Shown one piece after another: positions 9,152-18,877 of a stretch of DNA of 64,000 nucleotides. Numbering within the stretch: the stretch's first letter is position 1; the number at the start of each line of letters is the position of its first letter. Origin of the DNA: Chthoniobacterales bacterium. Lineage in GTDB: Bacteria > Verrucomicrobiota > Verrucomicrobiia > Chthoniobacterales > Chthoniobacteraceae. The stretch lies in assembly GCA_038207335.1 (NCBI GenBank), contig JBBQZX010000017.1, forward strand, positions 1 to 64,000. The letters are read 5' to 3'. The notes beneath the pieces were generated by a model that was not told the origin of the DNA, made no database searches, and saw only the letters and a list, made by a program, of their open reading frames with translations. The translations under genes and the position numbers were made by a program.

Positions 9152-10489
9152 TCAGGCGAGCAAGTCGGTAACAACAGTGCCGTCTTTCACGATCGCAGCA
9201 GGGCGGTCGCCGGGCGACATGAGCTTCTTGTCGCCGCGGATGCCAAGCTGATTGTAAACCGTCGCGGCCATGTCCTCGACCGTGAGCGGGTCGGATTCGG
9301 GCTCGGAACCGGTCGGATCGGAAGCGCCATACACGAAGCCGCGCTTGAATCCGCCACCCGCGAAGGCGATCGAGAAAACGCGCGGCCAGTGATCGCGGCC
9401 AGCGTCTTTGTTGATCTTCGGCGAGCGCCCGAACTCCGAGCTGACCATAACGAGCGTCTTGTCGAGCATCCCGCGGCGATCGAGATCGGTGATGAGCGCG
9501 GCGTAAGCTTGGTCGAATTTCGGGAGGCTATTCTCCATGCCTTTCGCAACATTCGAGTGCATGTCCCAGCCGCCGTAAGTCAGCGACACGAAACGCACGC
9601 CGCCCTCGACGAGCCGACGCGCCATGAGCATCCGCTGGCCAGCGTCGTTCATGCCGTATTCGTTGCGGATCGCCTCGGGCTCGGCGCTGAGGTCGAACGA
9701 CTCGCGCGCTTCCTTCGAGGAGACGAGCGAGTAAGCCGATTGGTAAAAGCTATCCATCGCAGTGATCGCGTCACTTTTCTCCAAAGTGCGGAAGTGCTCG
9801 TCCACCGTGGCGAGGATGCCACGGCGCCGGTCGAAGCGCTCTGGCGTGATTCCCGCGTGCATGTTGAGGTCGCGGACGTTGAAACCTTTATTCGCGGGGT
9901 CGGCACCGAGGCTGAACGGCCCGCACGCCGAGGAGAGGTATCCGCTGCCGGCGAACTCGTTCGGCACATTCGGGATGCAGACGTAAGGCGGCAGGTTTTT
10001 GCGCGATCCGAGCTCGTGGGAGACCACGGAGCCCATCGACGGATACTGCAGCGCGGGCGACGGGCGATATCCGGTGAACATGTTATGCGTGCCGCGCTCG
10101 TGCGCCGCTTCGCCGTGCGTCATCGAGCGGACGACCGTAATTTTATCCGCGATCTTCGCGGTGTTCTGCATGTACTGCGAAAAGCGGATTCCCGGGAGCT
10201 TTGTCTCGATCGAGCTGAGCGGGCCGCGATACTCGATCGGCGCGAACGGCTTCGGGTCCCAGCTCTCTTGGTGCGCGCAGCCGCCTGGCAGATAGATGTG
10301 GATGAGCGACTCGGCCTTTGCCACGAGCGGATCGAGCATGGATGCCTGCTCCGCGGCTTGGAGCTTGAAAAGATTCCCGAGCGACAGCCCGAGGCCGCCG
10401 ACGAGACCAACGTAGAGGAAGTCGCGGCGCGAGGTCTTGCGGAAATGCGCCGGGTCTTGGTGCCAGGTGACAGGTTGGATATCGCTCAT
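9152..10489 (-). CDS. DUF1501 family protein with Tat signal
   Basis: SRRDFL twin-arginine motif; GG..H.ESWDPKP, ARRLVEGGVRFV, GGWDMH, SEFGRSP, GRDHWP. Confidence 0.93.
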   Translation of the reverse strand: MSDIQPVTWHQDPAHFRKTSRRDFLYVGLVGGLGLSLGNLFKLQAAEQASMLDPLVAKAESLIHIYLPGGCAHQESWDPKPFAPIEYRGPLSSIETKLPGIRFSQYMQNTAKIADKITVVRSMTHGEAAHERGTHNMFTGYRPSPALQYPSMGSVVSHELGSRKNLPPYVCIPNVPNEFAGSGYLSSACGPFSLGADPANKGFNVRDLNMHAGITPERFDRRRGILATVDEHFRTLEKSDAITAMDSFYQSAYSLVSSKEARESFDLSAEPEAIRNEYGMNDAGQRMLMARRLVEGGVRFVSLTYGGWDMHSNVAKGMENSLPKFDQAYAALITDLDRRGMLDKTLVMVSSEFGRSPKINKDAGRDHWPRVFSIAFAGGGFKRGFVYGASDPTGSEPESDPLTVEDMAATVYNQLGIRGDKKLMSPGDRPAAIVKDGTVVTDLLA

Positions 10490-10828
10490 GGTGATGCTGT
10501 GTTTTGGGGTTTTTTAGTCTGTGGACAATCGTATCATGCCGCAGGCGCACACACCGATTCTCCGCTCACTCAATCCCCCCGTCCACCCCACCTTAGTCGA
10601 AAATTTTCGCCAATTTGACACATTCGTTCCACCGGGGGACTCCAGCTTTTTTAAACCACGAAGCCACGGAGGGGCGATGCTTGGCGGCTGCACGGACCGC
10701 TAGTCGCAGACTCACGATCAATCTTCGTTCTTTTGCTCCCTCGTGGTGGATAGCGGTTGCGGGTTAAAAAAATGGGTTTTTGAAAAATGCGCTCGCATTC
10801 GACGGCGGTTGCGAAATTTTCGGAAGCG

Positions 10829-11425
10829 ATGAAAAGCTCCAGTTTTCAGCTCCTCTTTGTTGTCATATTTCTTGCCCTCGGCGTGCCGTCTTGGGCGGTG
10901 CGGACGGTCGTGATCGATGCCGGACACGGCGGGCACGATCGCGGCGGCGGGCCGGGGCAGCGCATCCCAGAGAAGCCTTACACGCTCGATGTGGCGAAGC
11001 GGCTGAACAGCCTTTTGAAGGCTGCAGGCTTTCGCACGGTGATGACGCGGGACGGCGATTATTTCCTCACGCTGGGGCAGCGGTGCGCGATCGCGAACGG
11101 ACAGCGGGACGCGATTTTCGTGAGCGTGCATTTCAACTCCGCGCCGCGCGAGGGGGCAAATGGGATCGAGACTTATTATTACACGCGGCAGAGCGCGAAG
11201 CTCGCGGCGGCGGTGCACGCGCAGGTGGTTCGCGCGGCGGGAACGGAGGATCGGCATGTGCGGACGCGCGGGTTTTACGTGATCCGCAATACGCGCATCC
11301 CGTCGATCATCGCGGAGTGCGGATTTCTGACGAATGGGGCGGAGGCGAAGCACATCCTGACGTCTTCGCACCGGCAGAAGCTCGCGGAGGCGATCGCGCG
11401 GGCGATCATCAAGCTCTACAAATGA
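10829..11425 (+). CDS. N-acetylmuramoyl-L-alanine amidase (Amidase_3)
   Basis: IDAGHGGHD, EK, SVHFNS, PSIIAECGFLTN; signal peptide. Confidence 0.93.
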   Translation: MKSSSFQLLFVVIFLALGVPSWAVRTVVIDAGHGGHDRGGGPGQRIPEKPYTLDVAKRLNSLLKAAGFRTVMTRDGDYFLTLGQRCAIANGQRDAIFVSVHFNSAPREGANGIETYYYTRQSAKLAAAVHAQVVRAAGTEDRHVRTRGFYVIRNTRIPSIIAECGFLTNGAEAKHILTSSHRQKLAEAIARAIIKLYK

Positions 11426-12111
11426 GTTGAGAGCGCGGAAAGCGTTTCGGTGAGGCGGTGGCGGGCGGGAGCGAGAGCGCGGACGAAGCGGGTAAAGGGC
11501 GCGATGCGGCTCGGATGAGTGACAAGGAAGGTTAGCAGCGAGAGGATGCGGGGGCGCTGTTTTTGAAGATCAAACCAGCGTTCCATCGGCACAGGCAGAG
11601 GATCGCCAGCGGCGTCGCTGATGACCCGCACGGACAGCAGCGGGACATTTGCGGCAGCGCACTCGGCGGCGATTGCGGCGGTTTCCATGTCCACGGCGAG
11701 CGCGCTGCTTTCGCGAGAGAGGCGCGTTTTCGCGGCGATGGAATCGGCGACGACGGACTGGCTCGTGAGGCCGCCGAAATGGACGCGCGGGGTCGCGGCG
11801 AATTGCGCATGAGCGAATTCGAGCAGCGCGGGCGTGGAGAAATTCGTGGAGAAAACGAGGTCTCCGATCCGCAGTTTCGGATCGAGTCCACCAGCATATC
11901 CGGCGGTGATGAGCTGCGTGGGACTGTGCGTTTCCAACAGCTCTCTCACTCGCTCCGCAGCGCTCGTGAGGCCGACTCCAGTGTGCGCGACGAGCACTTC
12001 AATCTCGCCGATTTTCCCGACGAAATCGCGCGCTCCAACACAACGCCGATCGGGCAGCAATTTCACGAAATCCTGGCTCTCCTCCGGCAGTGCAAAAGTG
12101 AAGGCGATCAT
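11416..12111 (-). CDS. Nucleoside phosphorylase / MTA-SAH nucleosidase family protein
   Basis: TGVG, GYAGGL, VDMETAA, RVISD. Confidence 0.85.
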   Translation of the reverse strand: MIAFTFALPEESQDFVKLLPDRRCVGARDFVGKIGEIEVLVAHTGVGLTSAAERVRELLETHSPTQLITAGYAGGLDPKLRIGDLVFSTNFSTPALLEFAHAQFAATPRVHFGGLTSQSVVADSIAAKTRLSRESSALAVDMETAAIAAECAAANVPLLSVRVISDAAGDPLPVPMERWFDLQKQRPRILSLLTFLVTHPSRIAPFTRFVRALAPARHRLTETLSALSTHL

Positions 12112-12214
12112 CCTGCGACCGGCTCAGTTGAACGGCTCCCGGGGTGGCGCGTCAATAAAGGGTAGTCAGTTTTGCCGCCTTTCGGTATGTTCCGCGCACT
12201 CCCCTTTTAGTCAT

Positions 12215-15184
12215 ATGAATCTCGTCCGTCCCCTGTCGTCCGCACGCGTCCTCTGGCTCGCTGCGGCTTTACTTTTCTCCAGCCCCGCACTCCGCGCGCA
12301 GCAGCCCGTGGGACGCGATGTTCTCGACACCCAGGCGGCTCAGCAGGCGCTGGAAAAGGAGGACTACCCGACCGCGATCAAGCTCTACGAGGGCATCCAG
12401 AAAAATTACCCGACCTCGCCCCTCATCCCGGAGGCGAATCTGCGACTCGGCTACATCTACTTCCTCACCGGCGAATACGACAAAGGGGTGCAGTGGCTGC
12501 AGAAAAACATCGCGGGCAGGAACGTGCCGCCGGAAATTCTTGAGCTTTCGTATTCACTCGTGCCGCAGATTCTTTCGGCGAAAGCGGCAAAACTGCCACC
12601 GGATGCGCCGGCTCGGAAAACGGCGTTTCAGGATGCGATCAAGAAGTTCGACGAGTTCATCCAGAAATTCCCCAACAGCGAGGAAGTCGAGTCGGCGAAT
12701 TACGGCAAGGCACGCGCATTTTATTCGATCCAGCAATTCGAGGATGCCGCACCGCCGCTGCGCGAAAACCTCAAAAAGTACCCTCAGAGCACCTCGGTTT
12801 TCGACACGGAGTACATGCTCGCGGTGGTGCTCGGCACACAGGCGAATGTCTCGATGCAAAAGGCCACGGCAAAGGATCCGACGGCGGATGCGGCTTACGA
12901 TGAGGCGGGGCGGCTGCTCGGCGACATCATCGGGAAACGCAGCGACATCGCGCTCGCAAATAGCGCACAATATCAGCTCGGTGAGATGATGGCGGCGCGC
13001 GGGAGTTTCACCGACGACGCGGAGCTGAAGGCGACGATCCTCCAGCGCGCGCTCTCTGCTTTTCGCGCAGTGCTGCCGAAAGAGCAGGTCATCACGGCGC
13101 AGCAAAACCGGCTCGCGGCGATTCAGAACGCGAAGACGAACGCGCTCAAATCCGGCGATGTCGCGCAATACAAACGGCTGGGACGCTTTCTCGAAAAAGA
13201 GCTGGAAAAAGCCGCCGTGTTGAAAGACGGGCCCGAGCGGACGATTTCGGCGAAAGTCAAGATGGGACAGATTTTCCTGACGCTGCAAAAATTCGACGAA
13301 GCGCGTGTGCTACTGAGCTACGTGCAGCCGGCGGTGGAGGACCCGGAGCTGAAAAAGCAGGTCGAGTATTTCGTCGCGCTGACCTATGCGGCGCAGAGCA
13401 TCACGGACAAGGCGGTGACGGAATATGACAAATTCATGGCGGGGCATCCGAACGATCCGATCGCGGAAAATCTCGCGCTGGTTGTAGGCGTCGCTTTTCT
13501 TGCGAAGGAAGAGCCGGACAAAGCGATCCATTACTTTGACGAACAGGCGAAGAATTTTCCGAAGAGCAAATTCACCGCGGATGCTGCGATGCGGCGAGCG
13601 TTGGCCCTGAGCGCGATGGAGAAGTACGACGAGGCGCTCGAGGGGCTCAAGAAATTCCTCGCCGGCACACCGACGAAGGAGCAGGCGGCAACGGCGGAAT
13701 ACGGGATCGCAATCATCTATCAACAGACCGGAAAAGTGCCGGAGGCGATCAAGGCATTCAAAGATGTGCGGGAAAAATACGCGACCTCACCGGAGGCGGA
13801 GCAGGCATCGTTTTGGGTCGGGCAGATGACGCTCGGCAGCGGCGATGCAAAGACGGCGCGGGGCGAATTGAAGGCGTTCATCGAAAAATATCCGGAGAGC
13901 AGCCTGGTTCCCGGGGCGATGCTGGCGCAGGGGCAGGCAGCTTCGGCGGCGGGGGACAAAGCGGCGGCGATTGAGGCTTATCGCAGCCTCGCGAAGAAGT
14001 TTCCCGACAGCGAACCAGGGCCGATCGCGTATTTCCAGATTGCTGCGATCCATCAGAAAGAGAACGAATACGAGCCGGTAAAAGCGGTGATGAAGGAGTT
14101 CATCGAGAAGTATCCCGAGAGCGAGCGCCTGTTCGCGGCCTACGATTATATTGCTCAGATTCAGGCTTCGGAGAAGAAGCCGATGGACTCGATCGCGACG
14201 TATGAGGAGTTCATCAAGAAGCGGCCCGCGGACCCCGATGCGGCAAAGGCGCTGGTTAAGATCAGCACGCACTGGAAGAAGTACGGCGAGGAGCAGGGAC
14301 CGTATCTCGCGCTGAATGAAAAGCAGCGCACCGAGTGGAAGAAAGGGATCGATAACGCGGTGAGCAGCGCCGAGGAGGTGCTCCAGAAATATCCTGAAAA
14401 CACCGAGGTTTCCGCGGCGCTACAGAATCTGCTCGCGTGCCAAATCCTCATGCTGCGGGCGAAGATCAAGACGGACAAAGACGTGGAGGATTACTTCCTG
14501 AATTTCGCGAAGAAATTCGCGGATAAGCCATCGACGAAGAACAAAATCGAGTTCGCGTATGCCGGATACATTTCAGACAAGGAGGAGGCGAAGGCCTACT
14601 CGGTGATGAAGGCGGCGTACGATCCGAAACTGATCTACGCGCCAGCCGATCTCGATTTGTGGGGGACGGCGCTCATCAAAAAGAAGCAGCTCGACGAGGC
14701 GCAAAAAGTCTATGAGAAGCTCGCGGGTGACTACCCGATCCCTGCGAATGTCACACCGGACAAAGTACCGCGCGGGATTGCCGAGGCTCAGGCGATCGCA
14801 CTTTTCGGCTTCGGTCAGGTGCTGCAGGAGCAGGGCAAGACGGCGGAGGCGGCGCAGAAATTTGCCGAACTCAAGACGAAGTATCCCTACTCGCCGAAGC
14901 TGATGGAAGCCGACTACGGCATCGCGGCGGGCGAGGCGCAGAAAAAGGATTACAAGAAGGCGCTCGAGCGTCTCTCGCCGATCGTGCGGAACCCAAACGC
15001 CGACACGCATCTCCGCGCGCAGGCTATGCTTTTGATCGGAAAAATCTCCGAGGAAACCGGGGAGATCGACGTGGCGATCAACAACTACATCAAGATCGGG
15101 ACGATGTTCCCGGCGGAGCAGGAACTCGCTCCGGAAGGCCTCTGGCGCGGGGCACAATTGATCGAGAAAAAGATAAGCAAATGA
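12215..15184 (+). CDS. Large periplasmic TPR-repeat protein (about 989 aa)
   Basis: Signal peptide after ATG 12215; many A...Y/F.....KYP.S repeats. Confidence 0.9.
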   Translation: MNLVRPLSSARVLWLAAALLFSSPALRAQQPVGRDVLDTQAAQQALEKEDYPTAIKLYEGIQKNYPTSPLIPEANLRLGYIYFLTGEYDKGVQWLQKNIAGRNVPPEILELSYSLVPQILSAKAAKLPPDAPARKTAFQDAIKKFDEFIQKFPNSEEVESANYGKARAFYSIQQFEDAAPPLRENLKKYPQSTSVFDTEYMLAVVLGTQANVSMQKATAKDPTADAAYDEAGRLLGDIIGKRSDIALANSAQYQLGEMMAARGSFTDDAELKATILQRALSAFRAVLPKEQVITAQQNRLAAIQNAKTNALKSGDVAQYKRLGRFLEKELEKAAVLKDGPERTISAKVKMGQIFLTLQKFDEARVLLSYVQPAVEDPELKKQVEYFVALTYAAQSITDKAVTEYDKFMAGHPNDPIAENLALVVGVAFLAKEEPDKAIHYFDEQAKNFPKSKFTADAAMRRALALSAMEKYDEALEGLKKFLAGTPTKEQAATAEYGIAIIYQQTGKVPEAIKAFKDVREKYATSPEAEQASFWVGQMTLGSGDAKTARGELKAFIEKYPESSLVPGAMLAQGQAASAAGDKAAAIEAYRSLAKKFPDSEPGPIAYFQIAAIHQKENEYEPVKAVMKEFIEKYPESERLFAAYDYIAQIQASEKKPMDSIATYEEFIKKRPADPDAAKALVKISTHWKKYGEEQGPYLALNEKQRTEWKKGIDNAVSSAEEVLQKYPENTEVSAALQNLLACQILMLRAKIKTDKDVEDYFLNFAKKFADKPSTKNKIEFAYAGYISDKEEAKAYSVMKAAYDPKLIYAPADLDLWGTALIKKKQLDEAQKVYEKLAGDYPIPANVTPDKVPRGIAEAQAIALFGFGQVLQEQGKTAEAAQKFAELKTKYPYSPKLMEADYGIAAGEAQKKDYKKALERLSPIVRNPNADTHLRAQAMLLIGKISEETGEIDVAINNYIKIGTMFPAEQELAPEGLWRGAQLIEKKISK

Positions 15185-15435
15185 CGCGCATCCCTGCCTC
15201 CATGTTCCAGAAAATCCTGATCCTCCCTGCCTATGCGGCGATCGCCCTCGGCGTCGTTGCCTGCCAAAAGAAAGCGTCGCCGCTGCCGCCCGGCGCACTC
15301 ACGCCAGAGCAGAAGGTGAAGCTCAAGGCGAACGCGGTGAAGGCGTACGAGGATCTCGTGAAAAAGTATCCCGACTCGCCGCACGCGGAGCCGGCGAAGC
15401 AGCGAATCGACGCATTGCAGGGGCCGGCGAAATAG
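15181..15435 (+). CDS. Small predicted lipoprotein with a TPR-like helix pair
   Basis: ATGA overlap with the TPR gene; hydrophobic stretch ending VVAC; AYEDLVKKYPDSPHAEPAKQRI. Confidence 0.75.
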   Translation: MTRIPASMFQKILILPAYAAIALGVVACQKKASPLPPGALTPEQKVKLKANAVKAYEDLVKKYPDSPHAEPAKQRIDALQGPAK

Positions 15436-15446
15436 GCCGCGCGCCG

Positions 15447-16157
15447 GTGGCACTCGCTTCACGAAAAGCGCGCGCTGAGCGCGTCGCGGCGCTCATCTCG
15501 ATCTTCGAGCGCGTCTATCCCGACGCGCATTGCGAACTCGATTTCACGAACCCACTCGAACTGCTCGTCGCGACCATCCTGTCCGCACAATGCACGGACA
15601 AGCGCGTGAACATCGTGACGAAGGCGCTTTTCCAACGCTGCCGGACTGCGCGCGATTTTGCGGAAATCCCGGTGGAGGAAATGGAAAGGCTCGTGCAGTC
15701 GGCTGGATTTTATCGCGCGAAGACGAAGAACATCCGCGCGTGCTGCTCGGACATCGTGGCCAAGCACTGCGGGGAGGTGCCACGCACGATGGAGGCACTC
15801 ACGGCGCTTGCGGGAGTCGGGAGAAAAACGGCGAACGTGGTGCTCGGGAATGCGTTTGGGATCAACGACGGAGTGGTCGTGGATACTCACGTCCAGCGGC
15901 TTTCGCTGCGGCTGGGGCTGACGAAAGAAACGACGCCGGAAAGAATCGAACTCGATCTCATTGCGCTCGTGCCGCGGGAAAAGTGGACGTTTTTTTCCCA
16001 CTGGCTCATCTGGCACGGACGCCGCCGCTGCACCGCGCGAAAAGCCGACTGCGCAGGATGCGAAGTGCAGACGCTCTGCCCGAGCGCATTCAAATGCCTG
16101 CCTGCAAGGAATAGGCAGCCGGAAGCGTCCACGCATTCGATCCGCCGCTTGAAATGA
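15447..16157 (+). CDS. nth: Endonuclease III
   Basis: LSAQCTD, HhH motif LAGVGRKTANVV, VDTHV, C-x6-C-x2-C-x5-C 4Fe-4S motif. Confidence 0.96.
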   Translation: MALASRKARAERVAALISIFERVYPDAHCELDFTNPLELLVATILSAQCTDKRVNIVTKALFQRCRTARDFAEIPVEEMERLVQSAGFYRAKTKNIRACCSDIVAKHCGEVPRTMEALTALAGVGRKTANVVLGNAFGINDGVVVDTHVQRLSLRLGLTKETTPERIELDLIALVPREKWTFFSHWLIWHGRRRCTARKADCAGCEVQTLCPSAFKCLPARNRQPEASTHSIRRLK

Positions 16158-17362
16158 AGCTCCGCAATCAATTGCTCGCGTTGTTTTGCCTTTTCGCTTT
16201 TGTGGCGTTTGGGGTTTTTTACGTACGGCTTTGGGTGGTTCAGAAGCCTTTCGGGATCATCCTTTTCCTGAGCGATGGGATGGTCGTGCGGCATCTGACT
16301 TCAGCCCGGCTTTTCGAGGGCGGGGCGGATCATCATTTGGCGCTGGAATCGTGGCCGCATGTGGCGCTGATGTCGAATCCGGCGCACGATTTTGCCGTGC
16401 CGGATGAGGCGGCGGCGGCCACGGCGATCGCGACGGGACGGCGGGTGAATCATCGAGTGATCTCGATGGCGGATGGGCGGCCGCTTTCGACGATCCTGGA
16501 GCTGGCCCGGGCACAGGGGCGTTCGGTCGGCATCGTGACGACAGGACAGCTCGCGGATGCCGCGCCAGCGGCGTTCTACGCGCATCTCGCGGACTCGCGC
16601 GACCCGGATAAAATCGCTGTGCAATTTGCGGAAATGCATCCGCTCGATGTGGCGCTCGGGGGCGGCGCGGCGGAGTTTTTGTCGGTGGAGAAAGGCGGAC
16701 ATCGAAAAGACGGGCGCAATCTTGTCGCCGAGATGCAGGCGAATGGGCGCGAGTTGGTGGCGACGAAAGCGGCACTGGAGGAGGTGAGCTCTTATCGCTC
16801 GAAGCCGCTGCTGGGGTTATTTGCGCCGGGCACGCTTGCGTTCAGCGATCAGGTGGAATCCGGGAGCGCACAGCCTTCATTAACAGACATGGTGCGGCGC
16901 GCAATCGAGTGTCTGCAAGGGGATCGGAATGGGTATTTGCTGATCGTGGATGCGGCGTTGCCTTCGCGCGCTACGGAGACAAATCAAGGCGAGCGGACGC
17001 TGCGGGAGACGCTTTCACTGGATCATGCGCTGGCGACGGCGGCGAAATATGCTGGGTCGAAGTCGCTAATCGTGGCGGTCGGGATTCACGCGACTGGCGG
17101 GTTCAATTTAAACGGGTATCCGCTGCGGCAGGATCATGGCGTGGCGCTGCTGGGGATCGGGCCGACAGGGCATCCATCGATCACTTGGGCGAGCGGCCCG
17201 CACGGGCCGGAGGACAAGACGGAGCCCGCGAATTTTCAGACGCCGTCGGCGATCGACACGGCGGAGGATGTCGTCGGGATCGCGCGCGGAGTGGGAGCGG
17301 AGAAGATCGGCGGCTTCATGGAAACCACGCAGGTATTTGAGATTCTACGCGGGCTTTTGTAG
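16154..17362 (+). CDS. Alkaline phosphatase-fold protein, probably catalytically degenerate
   Basis: IILFLSDGM, VPDEAAAATAIATG, GIVTT, AFYAH, ALGGG, PSLTDM; N-terminal TM anchor. Confidence 0.85.
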   Translation: MKLRNQLLALFCLFAFVAFGVFYVRLWVVQKPFGIILFLSDGMVVRHLTSARLFEGGADHHLALESWPHVALMSNPAHDFAVPDEAAAATAIATGRRVNHRVISMADGRPLSTILELARAQGRSVGIVTTGQLADAAPAAFYAHLADSRDPDKIAVQFAEMHPLDVALGGGAAEFLSVEKGGHRKDGRNLVAEMQANGRELVATKAALEEVSSYRSKPLLGLFAPGTLAFSDQVESGSAQPSLTDMVRRAIECLQGDRNGYLLIVDAALPSRATETNQGERTLRETLSLDHALATAAKYAGSKSLIVAVGIHATGGFNLNGYPLRQDHGVALLGIGPTGHPSITWASGPHGPEDKTEPANFQTPSAIDTAEDVVGIARGVGAEKIGGFMETTQVFEILRGLL

Positions 17363-17376
17363 GCGTTGCAGTTCCC

Positions 17377-18129
17377 CTACCCCGGGCAGGGAAATGCCTC
17401 ATCCAGCGGAAGCGCGGGCTGCGGAATTTCCGCGGGGGTTTGCTCGTCGAGCCAGAGGGCTTGGCGGCAAAATGCGAAACGGGCGTGGCCGTATCCCCGC
17501 CAACCAGCGGTGTGAGCGAGGGTATCCATTTCGCCAAAAGAAAAGGCACGCCTGGCCGAGAGACGCGCATCGTGGCGGGTCATGGGCTCAGTGAAGAGGA
17601 ACTGGGTGACAGCCCAGATGCCGGCGGAATTCAAGGGGCTGCGTTCGAGGTCGGCGACGAGGACGAAACGGTGGGAGAGCTGGCGGCAGTGGCGCAGGAG
17701 GCACGCGGCGTCGTGGTCGCTGAAGTGGTGGAGCGCGAGCGAGCAGCAGACGAGGTCGTAGGTGTCGCGCTCGAAGGTGAGGGCGTCGGCTTGGATGAAG
17801 TTGATGCCAGGGTGCGCGGGGCTGAGTTTTTGCGCGATTTCGAGGGTGGCGGGGCTGGCATCGACGGCGTCGATGTGGAGCGAAATGTCGCGCGTGCGCG
17901 CCCAGTCGAGCATGAGGCGGGGCATGTCGCCGGCACCGGTGGCGAGGTCGAGGATGCGGTATTTGCGGCCGCGCTGGAGCCACGCAGAGAGGAAGCGGCG
18001 CGTGATGCGATGGCCGCCAAAGTAGCGGTTGAGGGCAACGAGATTGAGGAGGTCGCGCTCAAGCTCGGGACTGACGGGCTGCGGGCAGTCCATGAGTTCG
18101 GGCTTGTTTTCATCGAAAGCGCGTTTCAT
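17377..18129 (-). CDS. Class I SAM-dependent methyltransferase
   Basis: ILDLATGAGD, ADAL, CSLALHHF. Confidence 0.9.
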   Translation of the reverse strand: MKRAFDENKPELMDCPQPVSPELERDLLNLVALNRYFGGHRITRRFLSAWLQRGRKYRILDLATGAGDMPRLMLDWARTRDISLHIDAVDASPATLEIAQKLSPAHPGINFIQADALTFERDTYDLVCCSLALHHFSDHDAACLLRHCRQLSHRFVLVADLERSPLNSAGIWAVTQFLFTEPMTRHDARLSARRAFSFGEMDTLAHTAGWRGYGHARFAFCRQALWLDEQTPAEIPQPALPLDEAFPCPG

Positions 18130-18225
18130 GGAGTTCGGGGATGTGTGTATCGCGCGGTCGGAGCGGCGACAACTCCGCGATGGGGCGCAGCCATTTCGTC
18201 CATCTTCGGGACGAATGAAAGGAGA

Positions 18226-18876
18226 TCAAACGAAGGCGAGGAGCGCGAGCATCCGCCCGGTTTTGCCGAGTTCCGCGCGGTAGGAATAGTAACGCTCAAG
18301 GTGGCTCGCGGTGCAGGTGCCGGGGTCGTGGATTTGGCGGAGGCCGGCGGCGGCGCATTGGCGGCGGATGTCGGCGGCGAAGTCGATCTCATAAGCCGGC
18401 CGGCGAATGCACGGGCTAAGTTGGGCGATCATGCGGGCGGGTTCGCAGCCGAACTCCGTGCGCATTTTATCGATCGCCGCAGGGACGATGCCGAGTTCCG
18501 TGCCCTTTTTCCCGGAATGCACGAGGCCGATGGCGCGGCGCTCGGGATCGACGAGAAAAACGGCGCAGCAATCGGCGACGTAGATGCCGAGACAAAGCCC
18601 GGGCGTAGCGGTGATGAGTCCGTCCGCACCTGTCGCGGGAGCAGGCAGCGCTGCATCGGCGCGGGCGATTTCGGAGCCATGGATTTGCTCAGCGAGAACG
18701 AGCGGCATTTCGGCGATGCCGAGTACCATACGGCTCGCTAGATGCATGGCGTCGAGGCGCGCGAGGGCAGCGGCGCGATCGACTTTCACCTCAATGCCGT
18801 GGACGCGGGTGGTGAAGCCGTGGCGTAAAAATGGAACCGCCGTGAGCGCGGGGAAAACCTCGTGCGCAGGGGCCAC
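18226..18876 (-). CDS. pgeF: YfiH/PgeF family (laccase-domain) protein
   Basis: HGFTTR, QIHG, ADGL, ADCC, HSG, YYSYR. Confidence 0.9.
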   Translation of the reverse strand: MAPAHEVFPALTAVPFLRHGFTTRVHGIEVKVDRAAALARLDAMHLASRMVLGIAEMPLVLAEQIHGSEIARADAALPAPATGADGLITATPGLCLGIYVADCCAVFLVDPERRAIGLVHSGKKGTELGIVPAAIDKMRTEFGCEPARMIAQLSPCIRRPAYEIDFAADIRRQCAAAGLRQIHDPGTCTASHLERYYSYRAELGKTGRMLALLAFV

Positions 18877-18877
18877 G

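Noticed and set aside
11834..12214. Long N-terminal extensions in the ORF track for the TPR protein, TolC, MurD, MraY, LysM protein, ABC exporter and DctA
   Set aside because: They overlap neighbouring real genes; internal starts give signal peptides or stop/start coupling, so these are not fusions
17377..18129. Methyltransferase as a marker of a secondary-metabolite cluster
   Set aside because: No PKS, NRPS or tailoring genes nearby
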